A DNA stretch of 64,000 nt from Spirochaetia bacterium (lineage in GTDB: Bacteria > Spirochaetota > Spirochaetia > SZUA-6 > Bin103): the NCBI GenBank assembly GCA_965198005.1, contig CBDAOI010000004.1, positions 288,001-352,000 on the forward strand. The letters are read 5' to 3'. A model generated the notes under the pieces. It had not been told where the DNA came from, did no database searches, and saw only the letters and a list, made by a program, of their open reading frames with translations. A program made the position numbers and the translations under genes. Shown here one piece after another: positions 58,957 to 64,000 of the stretch (its first letter is position 1; each line of letters opens with the position of its first letter).

Positions 58957-59937
58957 GCGCCTTGGCTGGCGGAGGAGACCAGGCGCGCGTACTTGGCCAG
59001 GGCGCCGCGGCTGTAGGGGATGGGACGCTCCGGCAGGGAGGCCAGGCGCCGCTCGATCTCGGCCGCGGGCAGCGCCACGTCGATCGACTTGTGCTCGAGG
59101 TCGATGGTGATGAGGTCGCCCTCGCGGATCGCCGCGATCGGGCCGCCGGCCTGCGCCTCCGGGGCGATGTGGCCGACCACGATGCCGTGGCTGCCGCCGG
59201 AGAAGCGGCCGTCGGTGATCAGCGCCACGTCTGCGATCAGGCCGGCGCCGGCGATGGCCGAGGTCAGGGCCAGCATCTCGCGCATGCCGGGCCCGCCGCG
59301 CGGCCCCTCGTAGCGGATCACCAGCACGTCGCCCTTGCGCACCTGACCCGTCAGAATCGCCTGCAACGCGCCCTCCTCCGCCTCGAACACCCGCGCCGGG
59401 CCGCGGTGGCGGCGCACCGTCACGCCGGAGGACTTCAGCACCGCCCCTTCGGGCGCCAGGTTGCCCTTGATCACCAGGATGCCGCCGCTCTCCTTGAGTG
59501 GTCGGTCCACCGGGTAGACCACGTCCTGCCCGTCGAGCCGCACCTCCACGTCGGCCAGGTTCTCGGCCATGGTGCGGCCGGTGACCGTGATGCAGTCGCC
59601 GTGCAGCAGGCCGGCGTCGAGCAGCATGCGCAGTACCATGGATACGCCGCCCACCTGATCCAGGTCCTTCATCACGTAGCGGCCGGCCGGCTTGAGGTCG
59701 GCCAAGGTCGGGGTGCTTTCGGCGATCGGGTTGAAGTCGTCGATGGTCAGGTCCACCTCCGCCTCGTGGGCCATCGCCAGCAGGTGCAGCACCGCGTTGG
59801 TGGAGCCGCCCAGCGCCATCACGACGCGGATCGCGTTCAGGAACGCCTCGCGGGTCATGATGTCGCGTGGCTTGAGGCCGCGGCGCAGGCAGGCGATAAC
59901 CGCCTGCCCGGCGGCGATCAGATCCTGCTCGGCATCG
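58911..59937 (-). pseudogene. ilvD: dihydroxy-acid dehydratase, C-terminal part only
   Basis: GGSTNAVLHL, GNLAPEGAV, YEGPRGGPGMREM, TDGRFSGG; the N-terminal Fe-S region is absent. Confidence 0.85.
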
Positions 59938-60575
59938 GATACAAATATCTGTTTGACACCACCGCCGGCTTCAACGACGATCCCCCGGCCATACGGGAGC
60001 GCGAGCGTGTACTCCGTGAGACCGGACGCCTCAGCGGAGTAACGCTCGGCGCCGGGGTATCGAGCGCCATCCCGATTACCGCCCTCCAAACCGACGCCCC
60101 CATGCGCGCCTTCCTCAACGTTCCGCCGACCATCGCCTTTAATCCCGATATCAGCGTCGGCTTCCACATTCACAAGATTGACGCGGAAGTCCGCTCCACC
60201 TTCCGCTTCATGTATCTCCAACAGGACGGCGGTTTCGGCGTCAACCAGACCTTTCTGCGCTTCGCGGCCTCCCTGGAGTTGATCAAGTTTCTCTTCGACT
60301 ACCACGGCTTCGTGCCCTTCTTCGGCGTCGGCGCCGAATTCAATTACCTCACCTATCGGGAGCGCTCCGCCTCCTCCCTCAAACTTGAGGGTTCCCGTTT
60401 CGGTGTCCCGATCGTGTTCGGCTGGGATATCCGCCCGCACGTTGCCGTAAACTGGCTGCTCAGAACCAATCTGCGCTACAACCCTCTGCTCAACTTGGAG
60501 GGTAACGGCGTCCGCGCCCCCTTCGACCACTTCGAGTTCAACTTTATCCAGTTTGTCTACTACCTCGGGCGTTGA
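59938..60575 (+). pseudogene. C-terminal part of a probable outer-membrane beta-barrel protein
   Basis: Amphipathic strands, FDYHGFVPF, FGWDIRP, LRTNLRY, ends FIQFVYYLGR; no start. Confidence 0.55.
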
Positions 60576-60642
60576 GCAGCGCCCGCGCCGAGCGGAGTGG
60601 ATGAGCCGTGCTGGCAGGCCGACGCGGCGACCGCGTTTCCGG

Positions 60643-61254
60643 TCAGCCCGCGAACGCGTTCAGGTAGGGTAGCCGCGCGGTGACGGCGGCGATCTCGCTG
60701 CGGTTGGCCAGCAGCAGGGCGGTGGAATCCCAGGTGCCGCGCACCAGGGCGTGGCGTGCTCCTGCGGGCAGGTCGACCGCGCAGCTCAGCGCCCCGGCGG
60801 TGACCTGCTTGGCCTCCAGGTCCACCGTCACCTCGGTGGCGGGGTCCTGCTTGACCAGCGCCTGCAGCCGCTCCACGTCGGCGCCGCCGGCGCGCACCAC
60901 GGGCAGCCCCAACACCGTGCAGTTACCTGAAAAAATCTCCGCGAACGACTCGCCGACGATGGCGCGGATCCCGAACCGCTGCAGCGCCTGCGGCGCGTGC
61001 TCGCGCGAGGAGCCGCAGCCAAAGTTGCGCCCCACCAGCAGGATCGAGCCGCCACTGTAGCGGGGGTCGTCGAACGGGTGGGTGCGGCCCGCCCCGCGGT
61101 CGGCGGCGCGCGCGTCGATGAACGCCCCCTCCCCCAGGCCGTCGAAGGTGATACTCTTCAGGTAGCGGGCGGGGATGATGCGGTCGGTGTCGATGTCGTT
61201 GCCGCGCATCGGAATGGCGCGGCCGGTGGTAACGGCGCGAACGGCATTACTCAT
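60643..61254 (-). CDS. leuD: 3-isopropylmalate dehydratase small subunit
   Basis: DIDTDRIIPAR, NFGCGSSREHA, SFAEIF. Confidence 0.93.
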   Translation of the reverse strand: MSNAVRAVTTGRAIPMRGNDIDTDRIIPARYLKSITFDGLGEGAFIDARAADRGAGRTHPFDDPRYSGGSILLVGRNFGCGSSREHAPQALQRFGIRAIVGESFAEIFSGNCTVLGLPVVRAGGADVERLQALVKQDPATEVTVDLEAKQVTAGALSCAVDLPAGARHALVRGTWDSTALLLANRSEIAAVTARLPYLNAFAG

Positions 61255-61342
61255 CGCACGCCACTGCCAGCGGCCGCGCTCCCGGCCGTAACCGGTCAAT
61301 CAGTTTGCTCGGGTACATGTGGCCAACAGCCTATCCTGATTA

Positions 61343-61696
61343 TCAAGCGAGAGGGAAGTAGATAACCTGGTCTGCCCAGTCCTCCGCACTGCTGCACTGC
61401 ACGACGAGAAGCATTTCATCAATCGCGTGCGCGACCGGCATTTGGGTCTGGACGACGAAGACTCCCGGCATCGGCTTTCCTTCCGTTACTCGGTCAAGGG
61501 CAAAACCCGGCACGGTGCGCCGATCGTGCGTGAGCAGGATCCTGCCGTGATCGGCCGCCCAATGCAGTATCGTCCGATCGTCGGTACCCCCCAATCCCAC
61601 GTCCTGCACGCGTATCAGGTCGATGGTCAGCAGTCGCCGGACCAAGCCGCGCACGATGTGGTTGTCGAAGTTTTCGTCACTCAGCAGGCGGAGCAA
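61343..61696 (-). CDS. DUF5615 PIN-like toxin
   Basis: LLSDENF, DDRTIL, LLTHD. Confidence 0.82.
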   Translation of the reverse strand: MLRLLSDENFDNHIVRGLVRRLLTIDLIRVQDVGLGGTDDRTILHWAADHGRILLTHDRRTVPGFALDRVTEGKPMPGVFVVQTQMPVAHAIDEMLLVVQCSSAEDWADQVIYFPLA

Positions 61697-62052
61697 TTCC
61701 GCTCGCCCTTGGCGCGCTGTATGAGGCGTTCGCGCACGCCGCTCTGATCCGCTTGCGTTGCCTGGACGCGGCGGCGCACGTCCAGGGCCTCGGCATCACA
61801 GCGGCACATGTACTCGTCGATCTGTTCTCGATGAGTCAAGCAATAGGCGAGCACGGCGTAGACGTCAGCGAGGCTCAACGTATCGTACGACTGGACGATC
61901 GTCTCGGGGGTCGCGCCGCACTGAAAGGCATGAACCACGAGCTCCAGCAACACGCGGGTGTCGCCTACGCGCAGGACCCCCGCTGGATCCTCTCTGAGAG
62001 GGACGGTCACGGGCTCGACCGCCGACCTGCCGGAAGGATGCGGGCTTGCCAT
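61681..62052 (-). CDS. DUF433 antitoxin
   Basis: RVGDTRVLLE...GATPETI...LSLADVYAVLAY. Confidence 0.85.
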   Translation of the reverse strand: MASPHPSGRSAVEPVTVPLREDPAGVLRVGDTRVLLELVVHAFQCGATPETIVQSYDTLSLADVYAVLAYCLTHREQIDEYMCRCDAEALDVRRRVQATQADQSGVRERLIQRAKGERNCSAC

Positions 62053-62154
62053 AGCAGGGCCATCATACTGTGCCGGCATCCGGAGCGCAAATGCTGGACC
62101 CGCTGGACCAGGCTCGACGGCTATACCGCCCCCGCTGACCACCGGCACCAGCGA

Positions 62155-63009
62155 TTAGGCGCCCAGACGGCCCACCCCACCCCGCAGCCGCGGGTCGAGC
62201 ATGTCCCGGACAGCGTCGCCGAACATGTTGATGCCATACACGACAATCGTCAGGCACAGGCCCGGCCAAATCGCCAAGCGCGGCGCGATTGACATGTACT
62301 GGCGCCCCTCGCGGCTGAGCATGCCGCCCCAGCTCGGTACCGTGGTCGGCAGACCGAACCCCAGGAAGCTCAACGATGCCTCGGCGACGATGATGGCGCC
62401 GATGGTGATCGAGAAGATGATGATGATGGGCGGCATGACATTCGGCAGCACGTGTCGCCACAGGATCTGCGCGGCTGGGCTGCCAACCGCCCGGGCCGCC
62501 TGGAAGTAGTCGTTCTCCTTGATGGCGATGACGGCACTGCGCACCACCCGGGAATTGCTGATGCCCGAGGAGATGCCGAGCACGAGAATGATCTGCAGCA
62601 GACCGCGGCCGGCCAGCGACATGATCGTCAGCAACACCAGCAGCCCCGGCATCGACATCCACGCGTCGACGAAGCGCTGCACCACCAGATCGAATCTTCC
62701 GCCGAGAAACCCGGCGACGCCGCCGACCAGCGCCGCGACCACCACGTGCAAGGTGGTCGCCGCCAGCCCGACGAACAGCGACAGGCGGGCGCCGTGGATC
62801 AGGCGGCTCAGGAAGTCGCGTCCCAACTGGTCGGTGCCGAGCGGATGCAGGCTCGATGGCTCGGCCAGGCGATCGTCGAGGTTCATCTCGCCGAAGCGAA
62901 ATGGCGCCAGAACATCGGCCAAGATACTCACCAGGATCAACACCAGGATGATGGCGGCCCCGACGGTACCCAACGGATGCTCCCGGAACAGTCTCTTCAG
63001 CAGCACCAT
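62155..63009 (-). CDS. peptide ABC transporter permease (DppC-like)
   Basis: LGTDQLGRD, EASLSFLGFG, GDAVRD; paralogue of the 55174 gene. Confidence 0.92.
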   Translation of the reverse strand: MVLLKRLFREHPLGTVGAAIILVLILVSILADVLAPFRFGEMNLDDRLAEPSSLHPLGTDQLGRDFLSRLIHGARLSLFVGLAATTLHVVVAALVGGVAGFLGGRFDLVVQRFVDAWMSMPGLLVLLTIMSLAGRGLLQIILVLGISSGISNSRVVRSAVIAIKENDYFQAARAVGSPAAQILWRHVLPNVMPPIIIIFSITIGAIIVAEASLSFLGFGLPTTVPSWGGMLSREGRQYMSIAPRLAIWPGLCLTIVVYGINMFGDAVRDMLDPRLRGGVGRLGA

Positions 63010-63014
63010 GCTCG

Positions 63015-63977
63015 CTACCGGTAGCGCACGCGCGGGTCGAGGAACCCGTAGAGCAGATCGACCACCAGGTTGATGACCACCACGCCGGCGGCAAAGACCA
63101 AGTTTACGCCGGAGACCATCGGGTAGTCTCGGTCGAGGAGGGCATTCACCAAGAGACGCCCGATCCCCGGCAGGTTGAAGATGTTCTCCATTATTACCGA
63201 TCCGCCGATCAGGATGGGGAGCTGCAGACCGGTGAGGGTGATGACGGGAATGAGGGCATTCTTGATGGCGTGCCTGACCACGACCACTCGTTCCCGCAGG
63301 CCCTTGGACCAGGCGGTTCGTACGTAGTCTTGCCTGAGCACCTCCAGCATCATGGTGCGGGTCATGCGCATGGTCGCGGCGGCGAAGTAGGTGCCCAGAA
63401 TCAGACTGGGGATGATGAACACGCCGAGATTGCCCAGCAGGTCATCCGAGAGGTCAATCATCCGAATCGGCGGGGTCCAGTTCCACCAGATCGCCGGAAA
63501 GACAATAACCAGCAGACCCAGCCAGAAGTTGGGAGTCGCCAATCCGACGATGGCTAGGGAACGCCCGGCGTAGTCGGCGAGCGTGTTGCGGCGGATCGCC
63601 GAGTAGATGCCCACCGGCAGCGCGATGATGAGCCCGATGGCGATTGCCAGAAGGCCAAGCTCGAGGGTGACCGGCAACCTCCGGAGAATCTGCTCCTCGA
63701 TCGTGATGGCGCTGCCAAGCAGCGACTTCCCGAGCGTGCCGTGCAGCACGATGCCGCCGATCCAGCGCGCGTACTGCACGTGCGCAGGCACATCGAGGCC
63801 GAGAAAGCGCTCGAGCTCTGCGCGAGTTTCAACAGTTCCTCCAGAAATACTGCTGGTCAAAAGCATCGCGTCGACAACATCACCGGGGATGAAACGGATG
63901 AGCAGGAACACCAGGATGCTGACCAACAACAACGTCGGGATCATCAGCAGCAGCCGTCTAATGATGTAGGCTCTCAT
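63015..63977 (-). CDS. peptide ABC transporter permease (DppB-like)
   Basis: PGD, PNFW, DYVRTAWSKGL, RDYP; paralogue of the 54040 gene. Confidence 0.92.
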   Translation of the reverse strand: MRAYIIRRLLLMIPTLLLVSILVFLLIRFIPGDVVDAMLLTSSISGGTVETRAELERFLGLDVPAHVQYARWIGGIVLHGTLGKSLLGSAITIEEQILRRLPVTLELGLLAIAIGLIIALPVGIYSAIRRNTLADYAGRSLAIVGLATPNFWLGLLVIVFPAIWWNWTPPIRMIDLSDDLLGNLGVFIIPSLILGTYFAAATMRMTRTMMLEVLRQDYVRTAWSKGLRERVVVVRHAIKNALIPVITLTGLQLPILIGGSVIMENIFNLPGIGRLLVNALLDRDYPMVSGVNLVFAAGVVVINLVVDLLYGFLDPRVRYR

Positions 63978-64000
63978 GAAGTGTGGTGCTGGAGGGGTAG

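Noticed and set aside
58911-60575. The 539-aa (minus) and 537-aa (plus) ORFs as real full-length proteins
   Set aside because: Each is half real gene and half antisense read-through across a junction

Overview
High-GC bacterial chromosome segment. The family-5 substrate-binding protein with an 'FASGES' signal region and the many toxin-antitoxin (TA)/AAA paralogues suggest a Spirochaetota-like host-associated lineage (inference only). Intact housekeeping blocks: end of a cytochrome c oxidase operon, apt, recQ, an SDR, a Na+-translocating acyl-CoA decarboxylase operon (mmdADCB), a branched-chain amino-acid SBP, an omega-amino acid aminotransferase, nadACB, two peptide/nickel ABC clusters and leuD. 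Between mmdB and the SBP/aminotransferase lies a ~25-kb defence island. It holds an ABC-ATPase + putative nuclease pair, an intact SNF2 helicase + Mre11/SbcD-like + Rad50/SbcC-like operon (best candidate for an undescribed system), three near-identical AAA-PD-(D/E)xK genes, several TA modules, and deletion-collapsed remnants of IetAS, type III R-M and DISARM-like systems. Displaced, diverged fragments of the nadB 3' end sit inside this island, suggesting repeated insertion at nadB. A second decayed zone (41.7-52 kb) holds mevalonate/terpene genes (including an in-frame IDI-2::squalene synthase fusion), IS110/ISNCY fragments, a degraded group II intron and a duplicated 66-bp promoter-leader module. 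No rRNA, tRNA or CRISPR array was recognised. All family assignments come from motif recognition by eye, not database searches.
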